Of a stretch of DNA of 64,000 nucleotides, positions 1 to 14,104 are shown piece by piece. How positions within the stretch are numbered: the first letter of the stretch is position 1; every line of letters starts with the position of its first letter. The stretch spans positions 118,670,001 to 118,734,000 of the forward strand of contig CM059431.1 of NCBI GenBank assembly GCA_030390025.1, written 5' to 3'. The stretch is from Squalus acanthias (Eukaryota). The notes beneath the pieces were generated by a model that saw only the letters and a list, made by a program, of their open reading frames with translations, did not search any database and was not told the origin of the DNA. A program made the translations under genes and the position numbers.

Positions 1-579
1 GCAGTTTTTTAACAGGTAAGTCATAAACTCAGGCGGTGGAAGTTGGTCCCATGGGATTGCTGCACTCACCTCAGCGTTCTGCAGTACCTACATCACTGGT
101 ATTAGACAAAAGTTCAATTACAAGTGTTTCAGAGCGACTTTAATGAGTTGGAGGAAGGAACTTAAAATGGGTCCTGTCTCATAGGTGAGGGCAGAGGTGG
201 TGCTTGATAGAAAGCTTGGCTGGTACTGAATGGAGGGTCAGCAGGGCCATGGGCCCCACTGGACTGCTTTGTGACTGAGACATTACTGGGGCCATTAAGG
301 AAATGGTGGAAACTTCGCAAGCTTCACAAGGTACTTACTTTATTGAATATGATTCAATCTAGTTTGGGTACATATAAGACACCCAACATTCGTGGAGCCC
401 AGCTCCCCTGCTGGAAGTGCAGCAATCCAGAATTCTGGCAAGAAGTCTGTTGTGGCCCTCATTCAATCCCAAATTCCAAGGTAGGATTTATTTGCATAGA
501 CCTGTACCATTTCCAGTATAATTAGGGTAATTACACTGGAAGGGGACCAAGAATTTAACCTTACTATTATGATATATGG

Positions 580-2860
580 CCAACAGCTCTCATGCAGGCT
601 CAGCTTGCTGCCGCGCAAGCTCAGACTGCTGCCGTCGTGGCTGCATTTACCAGTGTGGAAATGGGCTCGCAGGGTTTCACATCAGTCCAGCAATTTGTTC
701 TCCAACAGATTACTAAGAATGCTGAGGAGCCGCCCCAGGGGAATGGCAGTGGCTTCAAGAAGCACAAACCTGCTGTGCTCTCTCAGGATGGCAGCATTCA
801 TCCTCCCACCACTGCCACTCCGTCAGTGCCCTTGCTGTTGCCTATCAGCCAGCCAGCCCAGACTGCTGCCGTCCATGCCGAGGTGGGCCTTCGAGGTCCA
901 GAGCTGCTCAAGGTCGTCCGGCAAGGATATCTGCAGTCTCCCCCGCTGAAAGTCAGCAGCCTTTCACCAGCCATGCTGCAGTCACTGGGGTAGCACTTCG
1001 TAGGAGCACTAGGACAGGCAAAGGCACACAGAAGACAGGCACGAAGGGAATGCACAAGGGTGATTAGTTGACTTTGTTATGTAATATTGGATGGATTCAT
1101 GTATAAAGTTGGATTGGAATGTTTCTTCTGTGATGGCTTTTATTTCAGTATTGTGGCCAAGAGGAAGCTGTGATGGTCAGTAACAGAGGGAAGGTAAGAT
1201 GTGGGACTATTGCTGAGTGGGGATTTGCGGTTGTATTGATTGGTACCAGAGTTGGATGGTTCGATCACGGGCAGCCTGGGCTGAAAGGGACTGTCTGGGT
1301 TGCCACTTCCCTTCCATTTCCAACTCTTCTGCTTCCTCTTCCTCCTCCTCACCGTATGTTTGGTGGCAAGGGCTGTGCCCTCATGATAGTGAGGTTGTAG
1401 AGCATACAGGAGACCACGATGAATCTTGAGATGCACTCTGGTGAGTACAGCAGGGCTCCTCCAGAGCAGTCCAGGCAGTGGAAGCATTGATATAGGATGC
1501 CAGTGGTCTATTCTATCAGGTTCCGTGTGGTAGCATGGCTTTCATTGTATGCATGCTGCCCACTTGTACGTGGGTTGCGCAGTGGAGTCATGAGCCAGGT
1601 GGTCAGTGGATAGCCCTTATTGCCCAGTACCCACCCTCAGATTTGTCAAATTGCCTCAAAGACTGAGGGAACAGTGAACTGTCACAGAATAAAAGCATCA
1701 TGACTGCTGCTAGGATACCGGGCCTCATGATGTGCTGAGCATGGTCGCACCAACTGCACATTCAGCGAGTGGTAACCTTTGTGGTTGCGGTACATCTCAG
1801 CATTTAGATGCAGCGTCTGCAAAGCCACATGCATGCAGTCGATGGCACCCTGAACCATGGGAAAGCCCGCTATCCTGGCAAAGCCACGTGCATGCTCCGC
1901 TTGCTTCTCTCTGGTCAGATAGAAGGCAATGAAGTCCCCTCTCCTGGCATAAAGAGCATCTGTCAACTCTCTTAAGCAGCAGTAGATGGCGAACTGGGAG
2001 ATGTTACAGATGTCGCCTGCTCCAGCCTGGAAAGATCCTGACCCGAGGAAATTCAGGGTCACAGTCACCGTCACAGCCACTGGCAGCGCTGTCATTGCCC
2101 TGGTGTGAGGCTGCAGGTCTGGTTGCAAGAGGTGGCAGAGTTCTGTGAGTACCTCCTCTGTAAAGCGCAGACGCCTCACACACTGCTCCTGGCTCAGGCT
2201 GAGGTAAGAGAATTGCTCTCGGAAGACCCTTGGTGAGTCAGGCCTCCTGCTGAGTGCCCTTCTCCCACTCCTCCTCCTCCCTCTGCGAACAGCTTATCCT
2301 CTTCTTCACTGCCTCTGCTCCATCTCCCTGTCATGCTGCAGGCCAAGGTGGATGACAGCTACAGCACCCATGACTGGGAGCAAGTGGTCTGACCAGAACC
2401 CTTGAAGTCAGAACCAAGGCCTTCTCCACTTGCAGCACCACTCCCTGTCACCTCACCAACTTTAAACAACTCTAGAAACCTCCAAACACTTCCACAAACT
2501 TATACAGAGCCATTCGAAATTAATCAGCAACTAACCTTAGTGTGGTTGCTGATCCCTTTAAATATCGCTGGTGAGGGGTCCTTGCTGCTGCTGAACATAT
2601 GTTCAGCTTTGCGAAGTTAAGGCAGGGTATTAGCTCCAGCGTTGAGGACAAAAATGGCACCATGGGAATGACGTCATGATCTGCCCACTCGACATACTTC
2701 CGACGCACGCTCCTAACTCAACCCCTACCGCCCTCACCAAGATGGCATACGGCACGGCACGCACTAGAAGTGTGCGCGCATGGCGTGGACACCATTTTCA
2801 TCACAAAATGGCACCCGTAGCGCTGAAAAATCAGGCGCTATGGAGCCGAATTTCTAGCCC
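580..2860. mobile_element. PIF/Harbinger DNA transposon, left end truncated
   Basis: 3' part of Myb/SANT partner gene (+, ORF 592..993 resembles exon 3 of the 40-44 kb copy) converges on a transposase (-); right terminus GAATTTCTAGCCC at 2848-2860 followed by TAA. Confidence 0.85.
1240..2371 (-). pseudogene. Harbinger (HARBI1-like) DDE transposase, frameshifted
   Basis: ORF 1682..2179 has GFPMVQGAIDCMHV, YRNHKGYHSLNVQLV, SSHDAFIL; start MGAVAV at 2371. Confidence 0.9.
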
Positions 2861-3607
2861 TAAGTACATTTAAACCCCTAGCAGGGTTCACCACTAAACT
2901 GGAACAGTTGAAAACAAAGTCATGATTTCTATATCCTGCATAATTTATGAAGTCACTGTATTGAAACAAAACACATTAAATTGTCTGTTTGAAAAATATC
3001 AATCACAACTTTCCTTGCATAAATGTAAGGCGAAAATGCGAGCAGTGACGGCTTTGAGACCTGATAACAAATGTAAGCTTATGATAAGCTATCTCATCCT
3101 GCAGAGATTTTAAGATTAAAAATTTATGAAAATCATCTACTTTTCTAACATTCACAATCTTTTCAATGTATGAGAGTAATTTTCAAGTCCCAATATTCAG
3201 TTTCCATTACTTACGAAAAGATCAAAATGATTTCAGTCTTATCCATTTCAGTGTCTGCAGTTGTTTATGAGAATCCTATTAGTTATTGCTGCAAATATTT
3301 CACATCTAAGTAGCACCACAATATTACTTGTTTTACTGTACATGTAAAATACTTACAAATTTAACTTGTTCACCGTTGGCAGCAAATCTTTTATAAAACT
3401 GTTCTGAAGTGCATTTAATTTCAAAATTTCCACATATACGTTGCTTTGATGCTTGGTGTAGACACAGCCATTCAAACTCTATCTTTTTTGATGAGAAAAC
3501 TAAGGAAAAGGCGAAAATCAAGTTGGGAAGGTTTGGGTGGGGGGGGGATGTGGGTGGAAAGTTAATATGGAGCGGGGGGACTTATCTGCTCCTTTCCGAC
3601 CATGATC

Positions 3608-5223
3608 TGTAAGGGGTTCGGTTCGGGGTGCTTGTGCGGGGTTAGGCCTTCGTTGCCCAATACTATTGCTTGCTCTGGTCTCCGGCCAGCCTTGTTGCAA
3701 TAAGCACCTGTGAGTGGTTCGACCCACTCGCCCTTACGGTTCTAACACTGGACTTAGGTGCGAGAGCAGTAATGCAGAGAAAAACCTCAAATAGACCCGG
3801 TTGAATAGTACAAAATGGAAATCTTTATTGCATAGCGTCCAAAATCATGAAGTACATGTCATAGGCACAAATTAATGACAGTACAAGTATACATACATTC
3901 ATAAAACTTGGTCTAGGGTAATGAGGAACGCACGGCACATCGTAAAAAGGGGAACACATTATATTTATCCTTAATAAAACCACCCTCCCCTATCAATACC
4001 TACACTAATCTAGATTTGTAGGATCGATGAAACATGCTCACCACTCGTGATACTTCGGAGAATTTTAAAGTAAGGCACTCGGCTTGTTTTGCTGCAACAC
4101 CTGACTGTCACGTGTTGGAAGGGGTCTCTGTACCCCACTTGTTTACTTTCGCTGCTGCTGCAAGCAGGCTGGGCTCCCCGTTGTCATGAAGAACTCGACA
4201 GTGCTCGGGCCCGGTTCGAAGAAGAGTCTTCCTGTGTCCGACACCGGTTGCCGGTAGAATTCAAAGAAGAGTCTTTGACCAGTTTGTGCAGTAACCTATA
4301 GAGTTCAAAAATGGTCTATATATTTTCGGGCGCGGTCGGGGTTTACTGACCGCGGCGGCACGTGGATTCTTCTTCTTCTCTTCTCATCTCGTCTCGTCTC
4401 GTCTCTTCGGGCCTTCGGGTCCAGAACACCGTTTACCGACCCTCGGGATGGTGCACCCGGTCACTGGCCTTCATCGAGGCGACTCGTTCCAAATTGAGCT
4501 CCACCCAACATAGGAGAATAAAAGTTCAGCCCGCGTCCAGAGTCAGTTCAAACGAATCAGCCCCGGGAGGATCAGAGGAATGAGAGAGCGATGGACGTTT
4601 GTTCACTATAGTTATAGTGCTGTATTTTCTTATTTCCCGCCCAAATCTTAATGTTTGTCCTTTGTGTAATACTGGTGCACAAAATTCCCAGCATGGGGCG
4701 ATTCTTTCCTTTAATGGGTTTCGGTAGCACCTTAAACTGGCCAACTATCCGTTAATGTTTTCCCCATTGTCGAACCGGCTAGGAGTCTCCCTGACTGGTT
4801 TTGGGGCCTCCTCGAATACTGACTTAATCACCCGAGAATGGCTCTCTCATTGTAGAGCCGTGGGGAATTTGCGTATTGATGTATCTGGATGGGCCTTTGA
4901 TTGCCCAGTACAATGGTCCTTACTTGTGCATGGAAAATGATTCCAGCACTTATATCTCTGGCTATTGTGTCAAATGCAGACAGGTTGCCTCCTGTCTTTA
5001 TCAGTGTTTGCTGCGTATTAACCAATCTTATACTGAAATGTTTATTCGAACGCCATCTTGTCTGCCCACTGAAAATTCTGGAAGCTTCTGCCACGAGGCG
5101 CGGCGGCCATTTTACAGGCTTCTGTGTCCTGTTTAATCATGACAGCATTTCGTTGAAATAAAACTGATGAAACGAATCTGCTTTATCTCGTTATTTCGAA
5201 TCACGATAATTGCGAATTTTACA
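3608..5223 (-). mobile_element. Solo LTR (1616 bp), copy 1 of a long-LTR family
   Basis: TG...CA termini, 4-bp TSD GATC (3604-3607 and 5224-5227), colinear similarity to 55079-58362 and 56094-57770; TATA and AATAAA on the minus strand. Confidence 0.9.
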
Positions 5224-8051
5224 GATCTGACCGACTGCAATTTTAAATTGACTGAACCGACTGAAGCTGGTGGGGTCCTTTATAAATATGCAGCTTGGGC
5301 TCCGATGATGTCATTGAGGCTCGATCTGTGATTTTAACCTGAGGCCTGAGCGAGGGTGTGGGGTGCTTGGCGGGGCCAAACATTCTGGGAACAGACACCA
5401 GAGCCTCAAGAGGCCCAGTAAGGCAAGTTATTTCTCTTTCAGTTTTCTTGTGGGCCATGAGGAGAAGGAGTGTTCCTCTGGGCCCCACAAGGAAACCTTG
5501 GGCCTCCCGTGCTCCGGGATTCCCCCCGACTGGATTTCCCCCCCGCCCCCTGCCTCGCCTATCCAGTTACCTTAATACTGGGGACCATTCCCTCTGGGAT
5601 TTTAATTGCCGGGCAGCTGCTTCCTAATGACTTCCCGGCTGTTATGGTTAAAATCGGCCGACACTCCCTGCTGTGGTTCCAGGATGGGCCCACCGCTTGC
5701 TTTGCTGCCTTTCCGCCCAGGGGTAAAAATCAAGGCCCTCGTCTCAGCTTGAGAAATTGGGTAGTTCCGTGGTTTTGTGCACTGTGCTTTCCCTTCGGGC
5801 TTTATTGAACCCAGACAGGGTTGATGTAATCCTACGCTCTCCATTGGCTTCAATTGTCCTGCATGAAATGAGTTTAAGCGTAAAGTACAAAACTACCAAC
5901 AACTTCACACTGAAATGGCAAGCCTCAGACTCACAGGGCTGGCTCCCTTAAAGGTCAACAGGTTTAGGAAGTGAATGGCTGAGACCAGGAAGATCTCAAG
6001 TTCGAACACTGATCTGTGATGAGTTAGCTGATCCCAGCTGGGGGTGGTGGTAACGGTGCTACAATTTGTGGCCCTGACAAAAGGATGGTCAAATTGGCAA
6101 AGTTTCTGCTTCTGCTCAGCATCCAATGTCCCCATTAACAGTGCAAATGAGTGGGTGTTAGGTGAGCACAGGATTAGCCTACCTATAATGCCTTACCCCC
6201 TCACACACACACACACATCATGGTTCATTAGTTTACTGATACTCACTATCAAGCTCATCCCTGAAGAATATCCACTTGGTAGGTTATAGATTGCAACTAG
6301 TGCTTGGAGAGCAAGGAGTCAATGAGGAGAACATTGGCAAGGGAAACATATCTTCAGATGGCATTAAGTGGTGTGGAAAGTGGAAAGTGCACTTTGGTGC
6401 AGTACTGAGGCTCTTCTAAAGATACAGTTAAGGCACATTGTTAGGGTAAAGAAAAATAAGCTTTACTCCACATCTTCTCCTTCGTCTGACCTGGGAATAC
6501 TTGATGCTGACCGGGTTGACAAGCATGTTTCATTTCTTAGCACTGACATCCCTTGGAGAAACACACAAAAACAAGACAAGCCCAGTTTTTTTCTCGTAAA
6601 GTATTTAGCCAGGTTTAAATTGATAGCATATGCAATGTAACGATTGGTTGCAATTATATCATTCGCTAATTATTTTTCCCTTCGGCGTTTTAATGAAAAG
6701 GAAATAAAGGTGCACTGCAAAGATTTGAACACATAAAATCTACTTTGATGTGAAGCTACAACCGTACACACGCCAAACTTTCATCTGAGATTTTTTTTTG
6801 GAGTGAGCTTTGTCAGTAAAGTAAAACTGCCAGAAAAGGGAAGCTCTCTGCTGTGGTAACATCCCTTTTCAGATGTAAATTTAAAATAGTGAAAAATATA
6901 TGAAGTTTGACCTCAAACCACCTCACAGAATAATATTTAAATGACACATTTTGAATATACGACTCCACTATAAATATTTTGGACATGTTAAAAATAACAG
7001 GAGCTGAATATTTGCATGAATCAGGTCAAATACAATGAAATAAAATGAAGTGCGATCACCCAAGCTTAGGACGTAATTTTATCATTCTGCATTGCCTGCG
7101 GGGAGTTTTTTGGTACTGAACGTTGGAAATTATGATTTTCCGACCATTAATGGATTTGTAAAATTACCTGCCTTGCAACATCCTGAGCCTAAGCAATGGA
7201 TCTTTCCAAGTAGGGATTATATTGCTTTTGTCTTGGTAGGCTCTTATATTAAACTATTAAAGCGAGTTTTAAAATGGAGGCTGTTCTTCTCCGGAGTTTA
7301 AATTGGAGGAACAGAACTGAAAATAGGTAGTTTATTTTTGATCAGGAATCAATTAAATAAAGGCATTTTGAACCAGGCCTCAGACTTCATTGACATAGAG
7401 ATTGAGCTGCGGGAGGAGGCCATGCAGGCAAGTGCTGGAAGTCCGGGCTGATGCTTCCACTACAACAGCCAACAGGTAAGTGATTGGTCAACAGGGATGG
7501 GATCGCGAGCCTCATAGGGAGGAGCGATTGGTGGCTGGGGGGCGGGGAGAGGGAGGGGCCATGAAATCGGTGCACAGGGTAGGTGGTGGGGCGAGTGATC
7601 GGGGTTCGAGGTTCCTGGAGGTCGGGGCTGGGGTGGGGTGAAATTGGGACCTGGGAGGTCAGGGACGGGGTGGGTGGGGGTGAAGTCAATGGCCGGGGTG
7701 GGGCACGAGTGATCGGGGATCGGGGCCCTGGAGGTCGGGGCTGGGGTGGTGTGAAATTGGTGGCCTGCGGGGAGGCGGGGGGGCGGTGGGCGGTGCGAGT
7801 GATCGGGGATCTCTAGGTTGGGGGGTCCAGGAGGGGTGGCGATCGGGATAGTGCTCTACATGTAAATAACCTACCTTTTTTGCAGGCGATCTTTAAGATT
7901 GATTTCCTTGAATGCATCCTGCACTGGCGCTAAGTGTTTCGGGGCAAACCAATGTTGCAATAGGGAGCAAGTGTTCGGCCACTTACTTGCATATGTAAAG
8001 GGACTAATGCCTGCTTTAGGCATGGGTAAAGGCTGCCTCTTGTTTGTCCTT

Positions 8052-8832
8052 ACCCAACAAGGAAAGGGAATACACATTAAATGGTAGGACACTGAGTAGT
8101 GTAAGGAACAAAGGGACCTTGGAGTGCATGTCCACAGATCCCTGAAGGTAGCAGGCCAAGTAGATAAGGTGGTTAAGAAGGCATACGGAATGCTTGCCTT
8201 TATTAGCCGTGGCATAGAATACAAGAGCAGGGGGGTTATGCTTCAACTGTATAAAACACTAGTTAGGCCTCAGCTAGAGTACTGCATGCAGTTCTGGTCA
8301 CCACATTACAGGAAAGATGTGATTGCACAAGAGAGGGTACAGAGGAGATTTACAAGGATGTTGCCGGGAGTAGAGAATGTTAGCTATGAGGAAAGACTGT
8401 GTAGGCTGGGTCTGTTTTCCTTGCAACAGAGGAGGCTGAGGGGAGACCTTATTGAGGTGTATAAAATTATGAGGGGCATAGATAAAGTGGATCGAAAGGA
8501 CCTATTTCCCTTAGCAGAGGGGTCAAAAACCAGGGGGCACAGATTTAAAGTAATTGGTGGAAGGTTTAGAGGGGATTTGAGGGGAAATTTCTTCACCCAG
8601 AGGGTTGTGGGGGTCTGGAACTCACTGCCTGAAAGGGTGGTAGAGGCAGGAACCCTAACCACATTTAAAAAGTACTTGAATGTGCACTTGGGATGCTCTA
8701 ACCTGCAGGGCTACAGACCAAGAGCTGGGAAGTGGGATTAGGCTGGGTAGCTCTGTGTTGGCCGGCGTGGACATGATGGGCCGAAATGGCTTCCTTCCGT
8801 GCTGTAACTTTCTATGATTCTATGATTCTATG
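8052..8832 (+). mobile_element. CR1 LINE 3' fragment
   Basis: ORF 8124..8741 with LVRPQLEYCMQFWSP and RRLRGDLIEVYK; (TTCTATGA)n tail. Confidence 0.92.
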
Positions 8833-9266
8833 GCGGGCTGAAGACTTCCAGTCGGAATGTGCGAGCGCTTCCTGCCCACCATTTTGAGGGCTCATGAGGC
8901 TGCATTGCACTTGAAAAATGGGCGCTACAGGACCCAATTTCTAGGCCTCTATATTTTGTTACAGGGAAAAACTGCATTGTTACTTTGGTATTTGACCTAA
9001 TCAGGTTTGATAGGTAACCCTACCCTCAACGGGAAAAGTCTCCTTAAAATGAAACCAGATCAGTGACATTCTTCTTCATTCAGAAGTAGGCCCTTAACAA
9101 AGGGCTTACATTATTCTCAGGACGAACAATTCCATGGAACTGAAGAACATTGCCGGTGTAACTCTTATTGGGCTGTTTCTGTCAGGAGACCACATAAGGC
9201 TGTTTTCTACTGAAGGAGAATCAGTTTTAGTACACTGTTACTTTAATGGATTCAGTACACTATATT

Positions 9267-10023
9267 GGCCCGTATTTTCCGATCACAGGCCTCCCGCGGG
9301 CGGAGGCCTGCGATCTGGAAAAATCTGTGCCCTTACCTGAGGGCTCCCAGGACGCACACAGTTCTGATGCTGGGCCTCACCAAACTGCAAGTGCACAGGG
9401 CCCACATATCCCAGGGGCACATGTAGTTCGCAGCGTCCCTGGGATCACGTGGGCCATGGGGAGCCAATCACAGAAGGGAATCTCCCTTCATACATTTGAC
9501 AGGAAGACCTGTCAAATATATGAATGGAGATCAATGAAAAAACATAGTAAAACTTTAAATACATTTTTTTTTAAATCACATTTTTAAAATGACTTGAAAT
9601 TACAATAAATTATGTTTTTTAAACAAAAATTTAATTTTTTGAAAAAAATAATTAAACTATTTTATGGGGCTAAAAATAAACTTACCTTTTTTGAAAGTAT
9701 TTTTAAATGATAAATCAGTGAAAAAAACTTTTAAAAACTTTTTTCTACTCTTATCCTGGTAAAAGCAGGCCTTATGCCTGCTTTTACCAGGCGTAAGAAT
9801 TGTAAGGGTTTTCTGCGGGCGGAGAGTCTCCAAAAAGCGGAACTATCTGCCCGCAGAGGCCCTTCTCCAGGGCAGCCAGAGGATCTGTCAAGACCATTCT
9901 TGACAGATCAGAAATGCTGGTTTTCAGCGCATGCGCTGTGTATGCCTGAAACCAGCATTTCCGATGTCCCTACGGGTGGGTGCACAGCGCTTACACACCT
10001 GTAGGGATCAGAATATCTGGGCC
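9267..10023. mobile_element. Harbinger-type MITE
   Basis: TIRs GGCCCGTATTTTCCGATC / GATCAGAATATCTGGGCC; flanks ATT/AAT; AT-rich core. Confidence 0.75.
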
Positions 10024-10582
10024 AATATGCTTAACAATATTGTCTGCTGTATACTATTACTAATTATCTTTGCCTCTGTAAATTGTTCAATCGTAGATAA
10101 ATTTGATTAATTATTTGACTCGGAATGAAGTTAGTCTTAGAGCCAATAATTTCCATCTTTCCAGAGAGAGAAACTGAGAAACATACGGAAAGACCAGTGT
10201 GCAGTGTTACTGCTAATTAGGATAATTGTTAGCCTTGTACTATGCAACCTGATCAGCTCAAGTGGAATCTGGTACAGCCATTGATACAGAAATGGTGGGG
10301 CAGATTGTTTACCACCTGGGTGTCAAACATAGATTGGGCGGAGTGTAGAAAGGAAAATCAGGTGGGGAGTTCCACATGGCTCTTGCAGAATGCGTCAGAT
10401 CTTCCTTCTAAAATCTGGTGGATTCTGTAAGGAGCTGCAATTTCCCCTGGCCAGATTTTACCTTCTGCCCTTCACCCACGTGAAGCTTGATGTCCAGGCA
10501 GTAAAAATGAAAATCTACCCCAGTGTTTCAAAAGACTGATCATAACACTCCATGCGCTTTCAGATAGATATTCAACTGGAAT

Positions 10583-11190
10583 ATTCTGCCCTGTCTCTGT
10601 CCATTTGCTGCTGAAACCCTCATCCATGCTTTTGTTACCTCCAGACATGACTATTCCAATGCCTCTCATCTTCCACTTTCCATAAACTTGAGCTCATCAA
10701 AAACCCCACTATTCGTATTCTAACTCGCACCAAGTCCCATTCACCCATCACCCCAGTGCTCACTGACCTACATTGGCTCATGGCCCCCGAACGCCTCAAT
10801 TTAAAGATTTGCATCCTCATGTTCAAATCCTTCCATGGTCCCTCCCTATCTCTGTAACCTCCTCCAGTCCAACAACCCACCGAGATTGCAGCATTCTTCC
10901 AATTCTGACCTCTTGTGCATCCCTGACTTCCTTTGGCCCACCATTGGCGGCCCTGCCTTCAGCTGTCAAGGCCCTAAGCTCTGGATTTCCTTCCCTAAAC
11001 CTCTCCGCCTCTCTCTCCACCTTTAGGATACTCCTTAAAACCTACCTCTTTGACCAAGGTTTTGTCCACCTCGCTTAATATCGCTTTCTTTGACTCGGTG
11101 TCAATTTCTTTTCTGATTACACTCCTGTGAAGCACCTTGGGATGTTTTACTACTTTAAAGGTGCTATATAAATGCAAGTTATTGTTGTTA
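10583..11190 (+). mobile_element. L2-clade LINE 3' fragment
   Basis: Degenerate ETLIHAFVTSR-DYSN, HITPVLTDLHWL and LLKTYLF motifs; tail GCTATATAAATGCAAGTT(GTT)n. Confidence 0.8.
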
Positions 11191-12329
11191 TTGGAGAGAT
11201 TGTTAACTGAGTTCTATTCTAGTAGGATTCATGAAATGCTCTTTTATAGCCCCACGTAAAAGGAAAAGGGCATTTCAAAAAATACCAAAGACCAACTACT
11301 GTGGTTAGATCCCAATTGCAATCCTAGTAGCAAGAAATGACAATGAAAAGGAAATAAAAATAGAAAGCTTTTAGCAACAGCCGTAAAAAAAAAAGCTTTT
11401 GCAGACGAGATAAAATGGAATGTTTTTTTATTCCCCCTAGAGCTGTGCTCCGAACAGTTAAGAACATAAAGCATGGAATGAGAAGCGCATTAATCCTAGC
11501 AAGACTGCTCCTCCGGCAGACTACATACAGTCTGCCATATCAATGATTCTACTCAACCTTCTGATAGAAATTCCTGGGTTGTTCCTTTGAGTTTATTGAA
11601 GCAAAAATGATAATATTTTCATTACTTATTGTGGTCCACTTTTGCTGAACATGATTTGTATTGTAAAACAGCAGCATATTATACAACTGGAGTCCAGTTA
11701 TTTTCCTAGCTTTTTAGATTTTTCAGACATACATGAGGCCTGAAATTTCTGCCGCCGATTCATTTCAACAAAAAAGTAGACAAGTAGAAAACAGGATTTC
11801 CCATAGCCTCTAGAATCCAAATGCTCGTTCTACAGCTAAGGGGTGGTAACAGAAGCAAACATAATTAGTTAGATTTTTCCTTTTCCAATCGGAACCCTCC
11901 ATTATTATAATGCTTTCAATCTCACCGTCCCGCCAACAACTGATGAAACACATCACAGTTAAGGCTGACAGACCTGACCACTCAAATCTGAATCAGGAAG
12001 CAGGAGGACCAATTAATTTGATTCTGCATTCTCTGTAGCTCAGCCCTTGCCCACACACTGCATGCACAGATTTAATTCTTGCAAATTTATTTATTTTTTC
12101 TTGAAATTAACACTCAAAGTACTAGGCAAAGCTTGTGTTCTGTTAGCACAATCAAGTTTCTGATTTTTTAGACAGTTGGAGGATTAATGATTGAACAAAC
12201 TGATGTCTATATATATATTAAAAGCTCTCGTTAGTGTGATTGCTGTTTCTTTTATGGACCTTTTCTGTCGAATAGTATTTTCCTTTTAACTGTATTTCTA
12301 ACTCTTTCAGCGCTGCGTGCCCTAGTAAC

Positions 12330-13268
12330 ACGCAAAAATTATGTCTTTTATTTTATATGCAGCTGGTCTCAATGACAACACATAAACAAACATTCATACA
12401 CTGCTGGTGTAGTGTATATTTCAGTGTACATAAAACAGATAACACCCTAATAAGGTGGGATGCCTTACATAATGGATTATTGACTGATTCTGGTAAGTGG
12501 TATTGCTTTTGATTGTCAAGGTGATGTGAATGTCTGTTGGATCTCATTGACTGTGCTGCTATAGCTTTGTGAACTTCCAGGGGCAGGTGGGCTTGTATGC
12601 CGCAAGGGCTATAGGGAGGTTTGGTATATTGGCCAGTCATTTACTGTCGGCCAAAAGTAATTGTTTTTGGGAGAATGTCTCGCTGGTTTAGTCTCTGTGG
12701 GTACAATATTTTTTGGACAGGGTGCTAGCATCAAGAATCTCTGTTTCATATTGACCATGGGGTGTAGGGTGGGGGGTCCAATTGCCACCACTTCAGGGGT
12801 GAACCATTGGAAGAAACACAGGCGTTTGGCCAAGGTGGGTTCACTCTGGGGAGACCCTGATTTGTTGGGTCTGGCTCGATTGCCTGTTTGAGGATCTTTT
12901 GGATTCCACACGGCACTCTTTGCAGTAGGATTGATTCTTTGGGCACAACCATAAAATGTGAAAAATCGGGTCCTCCCAATGATGAGCATTCTGCTGGGGC
13001 TTCTGGGTCAATTTGGTCAGGCAGGAAGGGATGTGAAATATAAACAGGAAATGGTGGAAACACTCAGCAGGTCAGGCAGCATCTGTGGAGAGAGAAACAT
13101 AAGCCTATGACCTCTCCTCAGAAGATGGATGGGATGTGATGTTAATTTGCTCTTTTAATCTGTTGAGGTGGTATCTGTATTTTCTGTCTTGCAAATGCGT
13201 TCCTTCACGTTGCTGGATGATGCAGTTGACATCCCTTCCCCCAGACTATCTTTGCTGTGCTTGACTGT
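12330..13268 (-). pseudogene. Probable terminal exon of the decayed minus-strand host gene
   Basis: Acceptor TTTATTTTCAG before 13268; frame TVKHSKDSLGEG... continues in register into ORF 12746..13063 once the 13037-13130 insertion and one copy of its 9-bp TSD GGGATGTGA are removed; AATAAA (-) near 12350. Confidence 0.5.
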
Positions 13269-14104
13269 CTGAAAATAAACCTTGAACCTCGTCAAAAAAC
13301 TAGCATTTATGGGACGTGAGGAAGATTTCAAGGGAAGTGTGTGGTTAGTTGACTCTGGTCTAATTTGCCTAATTACTTTGGAGGTACTTGATTTGAAAGC
13401 AGAAGACTATCTTTTTTCGCTGTGTTGGTATTCAGCTAAATGCCTGCCGAGAAATTTAACAGCTCTATTGTTAATGACCTGCAAGAGCTTTCAGAGTCCT
13501 TTGTTCCAGCAGAATTCGTAAATGGTGACTATTATTCAATAGCATCACAGAATGTATAGAGCTAAATACTCACAATTGAAACGCTGCAGTGATACTCAAA
13601 AGAATAAGGGTGATTCTTGCATGTTCTTAAATCGAACCTTTCCTAGCCAGTTATCACCACATCAAAGCAAGTGCAGGACAGGCGGCCTGCTCGATGTTGT
13701 CCTTCAGAGGCCCAGACAGTTTGAAGGTAGGGCTTCATTAGTATGTAATTGGCGGGCTGCCCATGCCACAATAGTGCCAGGCACCCTGCCCTGTTAGAGG
13801 GCAGGATTTCCGGCAGGCCCACTGCTCACAGCCGCCCGTTGAATTTCTGTCCCAGTATTTAAAGCATAAATACATCTGTTCAGGGGGGGTTGCTCTCAAC
13901 TCTACTACATCTTTGTGGCTGCACTGGGAGGACTGATAATTTGGAGATGAGTCAGGGAAGAGTGTTTAGATTCTCCGACACACCTGTGGTACTACTGGTG
14001 GAGTAGGTGAGGGCACGGAAGGAGCTACTGTTCCCATCCAGTGATAGGAAGGAGCCCAAACAAACTCTGCAGCAGGCACGGAAAAAGGTGGCAGACATTT
14101 GTAA

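Noticed and set aside
5164..5202. CTGATGA followed by a hairpin in the long LTR (retrozyme-like hammerhead?)
   Set aside because: No GAAA directly after the stem, and the motif is not kept in the other two copies
7387..7816. Pro-rich and Gly-rich ORFs
   Set aside because: Produced by G-rich low-complexity sequence, probably within a non-autonomous repeat
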